From contig JAWLCE010000001.1 of assembly GCA_041687335.1 (NCBI GenBank), forward strand, positions 33,840-97,839: 64,000 bases of DNA, written 5' to 3'. The position numbers and the translations under genes were made by a program. Position 1 is the first letter of the stretch. Each line of letters opens with the position of its first letter. Below are positions 18,714 through 27,169 of the stretch, one piece after another. This stretch comes from Sumerlaeia bacterium (GTDB lineage: Bacteria; Sumerlaeota; Sumerlaeia; MVZB01). Under the pieces are notes generated by a model. It was not told the DNA's origin. It did not search any database and was given only the letters and a program-made list of their open reading frames with translations.

Positions 18714-19535
18714 TCGAGTGATTCGCCCACCATTTCGATCAAAGTCAACGAACAGCCGGCCCGAGTGGCGCGCGGGTGGGACCTGGGCGCGGTGCGCGAT
18801 GCCTACAAGCCCGAGGCCGACATCCTGATCCGCAACGGCTGCCCGCAGGGCGCGGAGAGCCCACTTGCCGAAGGTGATGCGGTTGTCCTGATCCGGCGTG
18901 GCGAGCAGCCGACGGCGGAGGAGCTGGAGGCGCTGATGACGGCGCGCCACGGCCCGGGGGTGCACGCGCGGGTCAAGCGCGCGCGGGTGGGGATCGCGGG
19001 CTGCGGCGGGCTGGGCAGCGCCGTGGCGGTGGCGCTGGGGCGGCTGGGCGTGGGGGCGTTGCGGTTGGTGGACTTTGATGTCGTCGAGCCGAGCAACCTG
19101 AACCGCCAGCAGTTTTTCGTGGACCAGATCGGCTGCCACAAGGCCCAGGCGCTGGCGCAGAACCTGGCGCGGATCAACCCCTACGTCGCGCTCGAGCCGC
19201 TCGACCGGCGGATCACCGTTGCGAACGCGGCCGAGACCTTTGAGAGCTGCGACGTCGTCGCCGAATGTTTCGACGATCCGGCGGCCAAGCGCGACCTGAC
19301 GGTGGCGATGCGGCGCGGGCGGCCCGCGACGCCGCTGGTGACCGTCTCCGGGATTGCCGGCTACGGACCCTCGGACGAGATCCAGGTGCGGCGGGTTCTG
19401 GGCAACGTCTGGCTGATCGGCGACGGGGTGAGCGCGGCGGCCCCCGGGCTGGGGCTGCTGGCGCCGCGGGTGGCGGTCGCCGCCGGTCATCAGGCCAATG
19501 TCATCCTGCGCATCCTGCTGGGGGAGGAATCATGA
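18711..19535 (+). CDS. thiF: ThiS-like domain fused to a ThiF/MoeB-family adenylyltransferase
   Basis: Putative TTG start. The N-terminal ~65 aa (ISIKVNEQ...GDAVVLI) has a ThiS/MoaD fold but lacks a C-terminal GG. It is followed by an E1-like domain (VGIAGCGGLGSAVAVALGRLGVGALRLVDFDVVEPSNLNRQ). Confidence 0.7.
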   Translation: MSSDSPTISIKVNEQPARVARGWDLGAVRDAYKPEADILIRNGCPQGAESPLAEGDAVVLIRRGEQPTAEELEALMTARHGPGVHARVKRARVGIAGCGGLGSAVAVALGRLGVGALRLVDFDVVEPSNLNRQQFFVDQIGCHKAQALAQNLARINPYVALEPLDRRITVANAAETFESCDVVAECFDDPAAKRDLTVAMRRGRPATPLVTVSGIAGYGPSDEIQVRRVLGNVWLIGDGVSAAAPGLGLLAPRVAVAAGHQANVILRILLGEES

Positions 19536-19738
19536 GCATCGAAATCAAGGTCAATGGCGAGACGCGCCAGGTCGAGCCGGGGGTGAGCGTGGCGGCGCTG
19601 CTGGCGCAGCTGGGAATCGAGCCGCGCCACCTGGCCGTGGAGCACAACGGCGAGTTCATCGGCGAGGATGAGTTTGCCGCCGCCACACTGAGCGCGGGCG
19701 ACCGGCTTGAGATCGTCCGCTTTGTCGGGGGCGGCTGA
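19532..19738 (+). CDS. thiS: Sulfur carrier protein ThiS
   Basis: A 68-aa protein ending in GGG. It overlaps the thiF stop in an ATGA junction, with GGGGAGG upstream. Confidence 0.8.
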   Translation: MSIEIKVNGETRQVEPGVSVAALLAQLGIEPRHLAVEHNGEFIGEDEFAAATLSAGDRLEIVRFVGGG

Positions 19739-19775
19739 GCCCCCCGCGACGCAAAGAAAGAAGCACGAGGAGACC

Positions 19776-20549
19776 ATGAAACCACTGATCATTGCCGATA
19801 CGCCGTTCCGCTCGCGCCTGTTCATCGGGACGGGCAAGTTCCCCTCGCCGCAGTCGATGGCGGCGGCGGTGGAGGCCTCGGGCAGCGAGCTGGTGACCGT
19901 CGCGCTGCGCCGGGTGGACCTGAAGAGTCCCGAGGACCCGATGCTGGCGGCGCTGGACTTCAGCCGGTATCGGCTGCTGCCCAACACCTCGGGGGCGCGC
20001 GACGCCGAGGAGGCGGTGCGGCTGGCCAAGTTTGCCCGCGCGGCGACGCGGACCCCGTGGCTCAAACTGGAGGTCACGCCGGACCCATACTATCTGCTGC
20101 CCGATCCGATTGAGACGCTGAAGGCGGCCGAGGAGCTGGTCAAGCTGGGCTTCATCGTGCTGCCCTACATCAATGCCGACCCGGTGCTGGCCAAGCGGCT
20201 GGAGGACGTGGGATGCGCGACGGTGATGCCGCTGGCGGCGCCGATCGGGTCCAACCGCGGGCTGAAGACGCGCGACCTGATCGAGATCATCATCGAGCAG
20301 GCAACCGTGCCGGTGGTGGTCGATGCCGGGCTGGGCATGCCGAGCCACGCGGCCGAGGCGATCGAGCTTGGGGCTGATGCGGTGCTGGTCAACACGGCGA
20401 TTGCGATTGCCGAGGATCCGGTCGCGATGGCGCGGGCATTCAAGCTGGCGGTGGAGGCCGCCGAGCTGGCGCGCGACGCCGGCCCGGGCGGCGAAAGCAA
20501 GCTGGCACAGGCCAGCAGTCCGCTGACGGGTTTTTTGCGGGAAGAGTAG
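19776..20549 (+). CDS. thiG: Thiazole synthase
   Basis: The start [22 protein letters not shown] is typical of ThiG, with a GAGGAG SD upstream. Confidence 0.85.
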   Translation: MKPLIIADTPFRSRLFIGTGKFPSPQSMAAAVEASGSELVTVALRRVDLKSPEDPMLAALDFSRYRLLPNTSGARDAEEAVRLAKFARAATRTPWLKLEVTPDPYYLLPDPIETLKAAEELVKLGFIVLPYINADPVLAKRLEDVGCATVMPLAAPIGSNRGLKTRDLIEIIIEQATVPVVVDAGLGMPSHAAEAIELGADAVLVNTAIAIAEDPVAMARAFKLAVEAAELARDAGPGGESKLAQASSPLTGFLREE

Positions 20550-20593
20550 CTGGTCCGCAGGCAAGCGAAAACATATTGAGTCAGGGCGGCACC

Positions 20594-21718
20594 ATGACCT
20601 TTTTTTCAGAGATTTACAGCCAACTGGATTTGGCGGCCCTGCGGGGGCTGCTGGCCGGGGCGACGGCGGCCGACGTCGAGCGCGCGCTGGGACGCGAGCA
20701 CCCGGGTGAGCGCGACCTGGCGGCGCTGTTTTCGCCGGCCGCCGCGCCGTTCATCGAGACGCTCGCCCGCCGCAGCGCGGCGATCACCGAACGGCGCTTC
20801 GGGCGCGTCATCCAGCTTTACGTGCCGCTCTACCTGTCCAACGAGTGCGTCAATCGCTGCGCCTACTGCGGGTTCTCGCACGAGCTGGACATCCCGCGCG
20901 TGACGCTCACGCCCGACCAGGCGCTCGTTGAGGCGCGCCGGCTGCATGCGCAGGGATTTCGTCATATCCTGCTGGTCAGCGGGGAGGACCGCCGCCACGT
21001 CGGACTGGAGTATCTGGCGCAGATCGTCGGCAGGCTCAATGAGCTGTTCGATGCGATCGCGATCGAGATCCAGCCGCTGAAGGAAGAGGAATACCGGCGG
21101 CTGGCCGAGGCGGGGGTGGACGGGCTGGCTCTTTACCAGGAAACCTATGACGAGCCGAGCTATCGCCGGCTGCACCCGGCGGGGCCCAAGCGCGACTTCC
21201 GGCGGCGGCTGGAGGCGATCGAGGCGGGGGGACGGGCGGGGCTGCGCACGCTGGGGATCGGGGCGCTGCTGGGTCTGCATGACTGGCGCTTCGAGGCGCT
21301 GCTGCTGGCGCTGCACGGGCGCTGGCTGGCGCGGCGGTTCTGGCGCAGCCGAGTCGCGATCAGCTTCCCACGCATCCGCGGCAATGCGCACGACTACAAC
21401 CCTGAGCACCAGCCCAACGACGCGGACCTGGTGCAGATGATCTGCGCGATGCGGCTGGCGCTGCCCGATGCGGAGCTGGTGATGTCGACGCGCGAGCCGG
21501 CGCGCCTGCGCGACGCGATGATCGGCCTGGGCATCACCCGCACCAGCGCGGGCAGCAAGACCAACCCGGGCGGGGACTCGTTCAACGAGGCCAGCGGCGA
21601 GCAATTCATCATCAGCGACGAGCGTGGGCCGGCCGAGGTCGCCGCCGCCATCGCCGCCAAGGGCTTCGAGCCGGTATGGAAAGATTTTGATCGCGGGCTG
21701 GCGCTTCGTCAGGGATAG
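20594..21718 (+). CDS. thiH: 2-iminoacetate synthase (tyrosine lyase), radical SAM
   Basis: CVNRCAYCGF radical-SAM cluster motif and overall ThiH-like length. Its end overlaps the convergent gene by 10 nt. Confidence 0.8.
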   Translation: MTFFSEIYSQLDLAALRGLLAGATAADVERALGREHPGERDLAALFSPAAAPFIETLARRSAAITERRFGRVIQLYVPLYLSNECVNRCAYCGFSHELDIPRVTLTPDQALVEARRLHAQGFRHILLVSGEDRRHVGLEYLAQIVGRLNELFDAIAIEIQPLKEEEYRRLAEAGVDGLALYQETYDEPSYRRLHPAGPKRDFRRRLEAIEAGGRAGLRTLGIGALLGLHDWRFEALLLALHGRWLARRFWRSRVAISFPRIRGNAHDYNPEHQPNDADLVQMICAMRLALPDAELVMSTREPARLRDAMIGLGITRTSAGSKTNPGGDSFNEASGEQFIISDERGPAEVAAAIAAKGFEPVWKDFDRGLALRQG

Positions 21719-22974
21719 AGCAGCACCGCGGCCCGCCGAGGCTCGTAATCCTTGAGGCCGGCCGCGATTCGCGCGCGCAGGGCATCGAACTGCTGCTCGT
21801 GAAGCGCCTGCGCCGCCGCGCGGTCACCCAGCCCCTTGAGGAACATCTGATAGCGGTTGCCGTCGCCGGGGGTGAAGATCCGGCCGGGGAAGAGACGCGC
21901 ATAGGTGGTGAGCAGCGCCTCGCCGGCGGGGCCGGGCTCAAAGGCGCGGGGGTCGAGCAGGTGGGCCTGCACGCCGCCGCAGAACTCGCCGGCATGGGTG
22001 CCGTAGCGCGGGCGGAAGGTGGTCGGGGTGAAGACGACCCCGGCCAGCCCGGCCGCGTTGAGCTCGCGCGCCAGCACGGCGGCATCGACCCAGGGGGCGC
22101 CGGTCTGCTCGAACGGCAGGGGGGTGCCGACGCCCTCGCTGACGATGCCGAGCTCGCCGATGGTGCCCAGCATCGCGTAGTAGAAGCAGCTCTGCCAGCG
22201 CGGGATGTGCTCGCTGGGGGGCACCCAGAGCCAGCCCAGGTCGCCGTAGACCATGCCGCGCCGCCAGCCGGCCAGCGGGATGACGCGCAGGGTGAGGTTG
22301 GGGGTGCACTCGCGCTGATAGAGCCGGGCGAACTCGCCGGGTGTGAGGCCATAGACCACCGGCAGCGTGTGGATGCCGATGAAGGAGCGCTGCTCGGGCT
22401 GGAGCAGCGGCCCGCCGAGCTTGTCGCCGCCGAGCGGACAGGGCCGGTCGAGCACCCAGACCTCGACCCCCGCGGCCGCGCAGGTCTCCATCATGTTGGC
22501 CAGCGATGAGATGAAGGTGTAATGGCGCACACCGACATCCTGGATGTCGTAGATGACGATGTCGAGCCCGGCGACGGACTCGGGCGAGGGCCGGCGCGAG
22601 GCGCCGTGCAGGCTGACCACCGGCAGGCCGCTGACCGGGTCGCGCTGCTGCTTGTCGATGTTTTCGCCCGCCTGAAAGCCGCCGCGCAGGCCGTGCTCGG
22701 GGGCGAACAGGCGCACGACCTCGACATTGGGCAGCGCGCGCACCACGTCGATGGTCGAGACCATCCGGCGGGTGACGCCGGTGGGGTTGGTCAGGATGCC
22801 GACGCGCTTGCCGCGCAGGTCGGCGGCATGGTCGCGGGCGAGGACCTCGACGCCGGGGAGGACCTCGGCGGCGGCGGGGAGGGACAGACAGGCGCTGAGA
22901 GCAAGCAAGAGAAGGGCGAGGAAACTTGACGCGGAGGCGCGGAGGCGCGGAGGGAGAAAGTGGGGCGAATACAT
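21709..22974 (-). CDS. DUF1343 / NamZ-like exo-beta-N-acetylmuramidase family protein (secreted)
   Basis: The start was refined to MYSPHFLPP..., which carries a signal peptide. Motifs VGILTNPTGV and IVIYDIQDVGVRHYTFISSL fit DUF1343. Confidence 0.55.
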   Translation of the reverse strand: MYSPHFLPPRLRASASSFLALLLLALSACLSLPAAAEVLPGVEVLARDHAADLRGKRVGILTNPTGVTRRMVSTIDVVRALPNVEVVRLFAPEHGLRGGFQAGENIDKQQRDPVSGLPVVSLHGASRRPSPESVAGLDIVIYDIQDVGVRHYTFISSLANMMETCAAAGVEVWVLDRPCPLGGDKLGGPLLQPEQRSFIGIHTLPVVYGLTPGEFARLYQRECTPNLTLRVIPLAGWRRGMVYGDLGWLWVPPSEHIPRWQSCFYYAMLGTIGELGIVSEGVGTPLPFEQTGAPWVDAAVLARELNAAGLAGVVFTPTTFRPRYGTHAGEFCGGVQAHLLDPRAFEPGPAGEALLTTYARLFPGRIFTPGDGNRYQMFLKGLGDRAAAQALHEQQFDALRARIAAGLKDYEPRRAAVLLYP

Positions 22975-22975
22975 T

Positions 22976-23296
22976 TTATGATTCCAGTTCATCAGAGCTG
23001 CTCTCCGTCGCATCAAATAGATCCCGATTTCGCTCGATCACCAACTTGTATTGTTCAGTGGTGGCAACGAGATAGACAATGGAATTTAGTATTTCGCCGG
23101 CATCAACGACGGCGGTCTCAAATTCATCCTGGTCCGTGCTTTTGAGAGCAGGATAAACCTCCGCCAAATATTTCTCGGCCATATCCCGCAGTTCTGTATA
23201 GAGGTAAACCAGCTCGCCCTCAGTCACCTCATGCGGTGGGCCGACATATCTATGCCGCTTCAGGTTCTCCACTAATGCCTGATAATCCGAACTCAT
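22976..23296 (-). CDS. Small acidic hypothetical protein (106 aa), lower GC
   Basis: MSSDYQALVENLKRHRYVGPP.... It is tightly packed between the M15-like and NamZ-like genes. Confidence 0.35.
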   Translation of the reverse strand: MSSDYQALVENLKRHRYVGPPHEVTEGELVYLYTELRDMAEKYLAEVYPALKSTDQDEFETAVVDAGEILNSIVYLVATTEQYKLVIERNRDLFDATESSSDELES

Positions 23297-23340
23297 CTCC
23301 GCGCCTCCGCGACTCTGCGTCAAATCCCCCGTCCCCGGCC

Positions 23341-24579
23341 TTAGATCTTGCCCCATTGGATCGGCGTGCCGTCGGGGTAGGTTCGCGGCCAGCGGACAAG
23401 GGTGCCGTCGTCGTTGAGGAAGCCGCGGGTGTCGATATGGACGTAAGCCGAGTTGCGGCCAAGGTAGCGGTTGCGCTCGGCGAAATCGTTGACGAAGTAG
23501 AGCCCCGCCCCGCCGACCATGTCGGCCTGCCCGGCGTCACGATAACGGCGGTCGAGCGCATTGGCGTAATGCAGCATGACGATGGCATCGTGGTAGTCGA
23601 GCCGGCCGTCGCCGTTGAGGTCATCCAGGTTTTCGTCACCATCCTCGTCGATGATCAAGTCGATGGCGCGGCCATACTGGTGCATCGAGAACGGTTCCTT
23701 GAGATTGATGCCGGGCTGGTCCTCGATTTTGCCCAGGTTGAAGCGCGGCGAGCGGTAGCCGTAGATCGACTTGAAGCGCGTGATGCGGAAGCCGTCGGCC
23801 TTCATCATCTCGGCCAGGTCTTCGATCTTGCGGACCAGGTTGAGGTCGAGCGCAATGTATTGGGGCAGCCCCATGCTGTACCACGGGTAGTCGATCGCGT
23901 GGATGCCGAGCGTCTGGTGCGGTGCGATCAGCAGATCGCGAGTGCCGAGGTCGACCCGATAAAAAAGGGTGGGCGGCTGGTAGCGGTCGGGGTGGCGCGT
24001 CGGCCAGGAGGCGCTCAACTGAAGGCGCGGGTCGAGCGGATCGGGGTAGCGCCCGATGTCGTAGCCGTCGACCAGCCCGCCGTTGGGCGAGCCGACCACC
24101 GGCGGCAGCACCCAGAAGGTGCGCTCGCTGGCGAGCGTGTAGCCACTGCCGGGGGTCTCGACTTCCAGCAGGGCGCGCAGCATGACGCGACCCGATAATT
24201 CAGGCGGGTGGAAGAGCGCGCGCTGGAGCGGCTCGCCGGGGATGGTCAGCGGCTGGATCGTGCCCTCGCTGGCGAACCAGCGCACGCGCCAGCGGGCGGT
24301 GGAGGGATTGGCCCACTCCACCTGCGCCGAGAGGCCCAGCGGCTGACGGTCGGGCAGCAGGATGAGCTGGGCCGGCAGGTGATTGAGCTCGAGCCAGGCC
24401 TCGAAACGATGGCCCTGCCACTGGGCGGGTTGGGCGGCTTGCATGGGAGTTTGACCTTCGCGGGGGAGCGCCGGAACGGCCGACGCAGCGGAGTATGGGC
24501 TATCGGCCGGCGCGGCCGCCCGGAGCGCGGACGCCAGCGCCAGAACCATGATCAGGAAGGCATATCGAAAGGCAAGCAT
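23341..24579 (-). CDS. Secreted LAS-family zinc peptidase (M15/VanY-like) with a dockerin-like calcium-binding insert
   Basis: The start was refined to MLAFRYAFLIMVLALASALRAAAPA (signal peptide). SMHQYGRAIDL matches the SxHxxGxAxD motif and AYVHIDTRG supplies the second His. DEDGDENLDDLNGDGRLDYHD resembles a dockerin or EF-hand-like loop. Confidence 0.5.
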   Translation of the reverse strand: MLAFRYAFLIMVLALASALRAAAPADSPYSAASAVPALPREGQTPMQAAQPAQWQGHRFEAWLELNHLPAQLILLPDRQPLGLSAQVEWANPSTARWRVRWFASEGTIQPLTIPGEPLQRALFHPPELSGRVMLRALLEVETPGSGYTLASERTFWVLPPVVGSPNGGLVDGYDIGRYPDPLDPRLQLSASWPTRHPDRYQPPTLFYRVDLGTRDLLIAPHQTLGIHAIDYPWYSMGLPQYIALDLNLVRKIEDLAEMMKADGFRITRFKSIYGYRSPRFNLGKIEDQPGINLKEPFSMHQYGRAIDLIIDEDGDENLDDLNGDGRLDYHDAIVMLHYANALDRRYRDAGQADMVGGAGLYFVNDFAERNRYLGRNSAYVHIDTRGFLNDDGTLVRWPRTYPDGTPIQWGKI

Positions 24580-24877
24580 GAGAACCTCGGGGCCGAATTT
24601 GCGGTTGGCTGTCCCCTCAGCGGGACACCCAGAAATACCATAGATTACATGGGGCTCAAAAACAAATGCGAAGCCGGGGCCGCCGAAGGGCGCATCTTGC
24701 ACCAGGCGCGGAGGGCGGGTCGGCTCATCAGCCGAGACTGGAGGTCATGTCGGGTCGGAGACCCGACCTACCCCCCCCCCGGTGAGTGGCGCGGTCGATC
24801 GTTGTTTTCCTTATCTTCACTTTATCGGCCACGGATTGCCGAATCGTTTGATAAGCTGACAGAGAGATGATGCACCG

Positions 24878-27169
24878 ATGAACGACTTCATCCTGGCGAT
24901 TGCCTTCCTGCTCGGCACCGAGCTGATGAGCCTGCCCCTGCGCGGGCTGCTCGCGCGCGGGCGGATGGAGCCGGCAACGCGGCGGGTCGTCTCGCGGGTG
25001 GCGGGGGCGCCGGCGCTGGCGCTGGTGGTCTGGATGGCGGGCCACCTCTGGGGCGGGGCGCTGAGTGGGTGGTGGTTCTGGCTGGCCCTTTATGCGCCGC
25101 TGCTGGGGCTGGCGGCGTGGCAGGCCGGGAGCTTGGGGGCGCTGCTGGGCTACGGGGGCCGCGAGGGGGGCTTTTCGCGCTGGGGGTTGGATCTGCTCTC
25201 GCTGGCGCTGTTTCTGGGGTTCGTCGCGCTGCGCCGCCACGCCCCCGACATGACGGCCTACCCGATCGATGGCTCGGGCGCGGAAAAATTTACCAATGCG
25301 ATGCTGTTCTGGAGCGCCTGGCACGCGCGGGAGCTGCCGCCGGTGGACTACTGGCTGGCAGGCGAGCCGCTGGTCTATTACTACTGGGGGCAGTTCTTCT
25401 GGGCCTGGGTGGGGCGGATGCTGGCGATGCCGGGGGAGCTGGCGCTCAACCTGGGGCTGGCGCGGCTGACGTTGCTGGTCTTTGAGTCGGCCTGGCTGCT
25501 GGGGCGCGCGCTGCGGCTGGGGGCGGCATGGGCGGCGGTGGGCGGGGTGGCCGCGGCGTGGGCGGGCAATCCGGCGGCGCTCGCGCCGGCGTGGGGGCTG
25601 CTGCGCGGATCGATGCCGCCGCGCTGGGGGGAGTATCCCTATTGGGACGCGCGCGGGGTGATCCCCGGGACGGTCAATGAGTTTCCGGCCTTCACGGCAA
25701 TCTTGGGGGATTTTCATGCCCACCACCTCGCGCTGCCGTGGCTGATCGGCTGGCTGGCGCTGCTGCTGGCGTGGGAGTGGTGGCGTCCACGGCGGAGAGG
25801 GTGGCCGGCGACGGCGGCGTTGCTGGGGGGCTGGCTGGGGCTGGGCGCGGGGGCGGCGCTGGGGAACATGTGGAACCTGCCGGCGATGGCCGCGGTCGGG
25901 CTGGCGGCGCTGGCGTGGGCGAGCCTGCGCGGGGGGCGGGTGTTTGCGCGGCTGCTGGCGCCGCTGCTGGCGCTGGGCGCGGTGGTGACGCTGGGGATTC
26001 TGCTCATGCGGGCGGGGGCGGAGCTGCCGCTTGCGGGGGGCGAGGGGACGGCCAGCTTCCCGCTGCAGGTCCTGCCCGCTCGCCTGCAATCGAGCCTGCC
26101 CGACCTTCTGCGCTTCTGGGGTTTGCCGCTGGCGGCACTGGCGCTGGCGGTGCTGGCGCGCAGCATCGGTTGGAGGCTCAGGCCGCCACGCCCGCCGAGG
26201 CGGCCGCGGGCGCGGGTTGCATTGGAAACCGACGACCGGCCCCACGCGCCGGGGCTGCTGGCGGCGCTTGGGCTGGGGGCGCTGGGGTTGGCCTGGCTGG
26301 GCTGGGGGCCGCTGCTGTGGGCGGCGGCGGCGTTGTGGGCCGGGGCGCTGGCGCTGGGACCGGGCCGCTGGATCAGCGGGCGGGCGCTCTGGCTGCTGCT
26401 GGGGTCATGCGCCGCGCTGGCCGGGCTCGAGCTGTTCTACATCGACGATGCGATGAGCGGCGACTATGAGCGCTACAACAGCTACTTCAAGTTCTCGTTC
26501 ATTGCCTGGCCGCCGCTCATGGTGGGGGCGACGGCGGCGGCGGCGGGGCTGTGGCGGGCACGGCTGCCGTGGGCGGGGCGACTGGCGGCGAGGCTGGCGC
26601 TGGTGACGATCGCCGCCGCCGGCGCGGTCTATCCGCTGCTCGCCTTCCCGGCGCGGATCGCGCAGACGCGCGCGGCCGATGAGCCGCCGATGCCGCCGAC
26701 GCTCGACATGACGGCCTTCCTTGCGCACCGGCCGCCGTGGAGCGCCGAGACGCCGCTGCTCGAGTTCATCCGGCGCGAGGTGCCGGCCGGGGAGATCGTC
26801 GCCGAGGCCGGCGGCGCCGATCCCTACAGCTACGGCGGGCGGGTGGCGAGCCTGGCGGGGCGGCCGGTGCCGCTGGGCTGGGCGCATCATCAGCACCAGT
26901 GGCGCGGGGGGGCCGGCTGGCCGACCGTTGCCCGCCACGGCGGGTTGCTGGAGGTGCTGTATCGGGAGGAAGACCCGGCGGCGGCGCTCGCGGCGGCGCG
27001 GGAGCTTGGCGCGCGCTGGGTGATCTATGGCCTGCCCGAGGAAGCCCGTTACGGCCAGGAGGCGCGCGAGCGGCTGGAGCGGATTGGCCGCCCGGCCGCC
27101 ACCTCGGCCGACGGCCGGCTGGTCATCTTTGCGCTTGACGCGCCCACCGCCCCGGAGGAGACCCGATGA
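24878..27169 (+). CDS. TIGR03662 / DUF2298 (Chlor_Arch_YYY) polytopic membrane protein
   Basis: A 763-aa highly hydrophobic protein with the diagnostic YYYWGQ motif (GEPLVYYYWGQFFWAWVG) and an upstream GAEKFTNAMLF region. Confidence 0.65.
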   Translation: MNDFILAIAFLLGTELMSLPLRGLLARGRMEPATRRVVSRVAGAPALALVVWMAGHLWGGALSGWWFWLALYAPLLGLAAWQAGSLGALLGYGGREGGFSRWGLDLLSLALFLGFVALRRHAPDMTAYPIDGSGAEKFTNAMLFWSAWHARELPPVDYWLAGEPLVYYYWGQFFWAWVGRMLAMPGELALNLGLARLTLLVFESAWLLGRALRLGAAWAAVGGVAAAWAGNPAALAPAWGLLRGSMPPRWGEYPYWDARGVIPGTVNEFPAFTAILGDFHAHHLALPWLIGWLALLLAWEWWRPRRRGWPATAALLGGWLGLGAGAALGNMWNLPAMAAVGLAALAWASLRGGRVFARLLAPLLALGAVVTLGILLMRAGAELPLAGGEGTASFPLQVLPARLQSSLPDLLRFWGLPLAALALAVLARSIGWRLRPPRPPRRPRARVALETDDRPHAPGLLAALGLGALGLAWLGWGPLLWAAAALWAGALALGPGRWISGRALWLLLGSCAALAGLELFYIDDAMSGDYERYNSYFKFSFIAWPPLMVGATAAAAGLWRARLPWAGRLAARLALVTIAAAGAVYPLLAFPARIAQTRAADEPPMPPTLDMTAFLAHRPPWSAETPLLEFIRREVPAGEIVAEAGGADPYSYGGRVASLAGRPVPLGWAHHQHQWRGGAGWPTVARHGGLLEVLYREEDPAAALAAARELGARWVIYGLPEEARYGQEARERLERIGRPAATSADGRLVIFALDAPTAPEETR

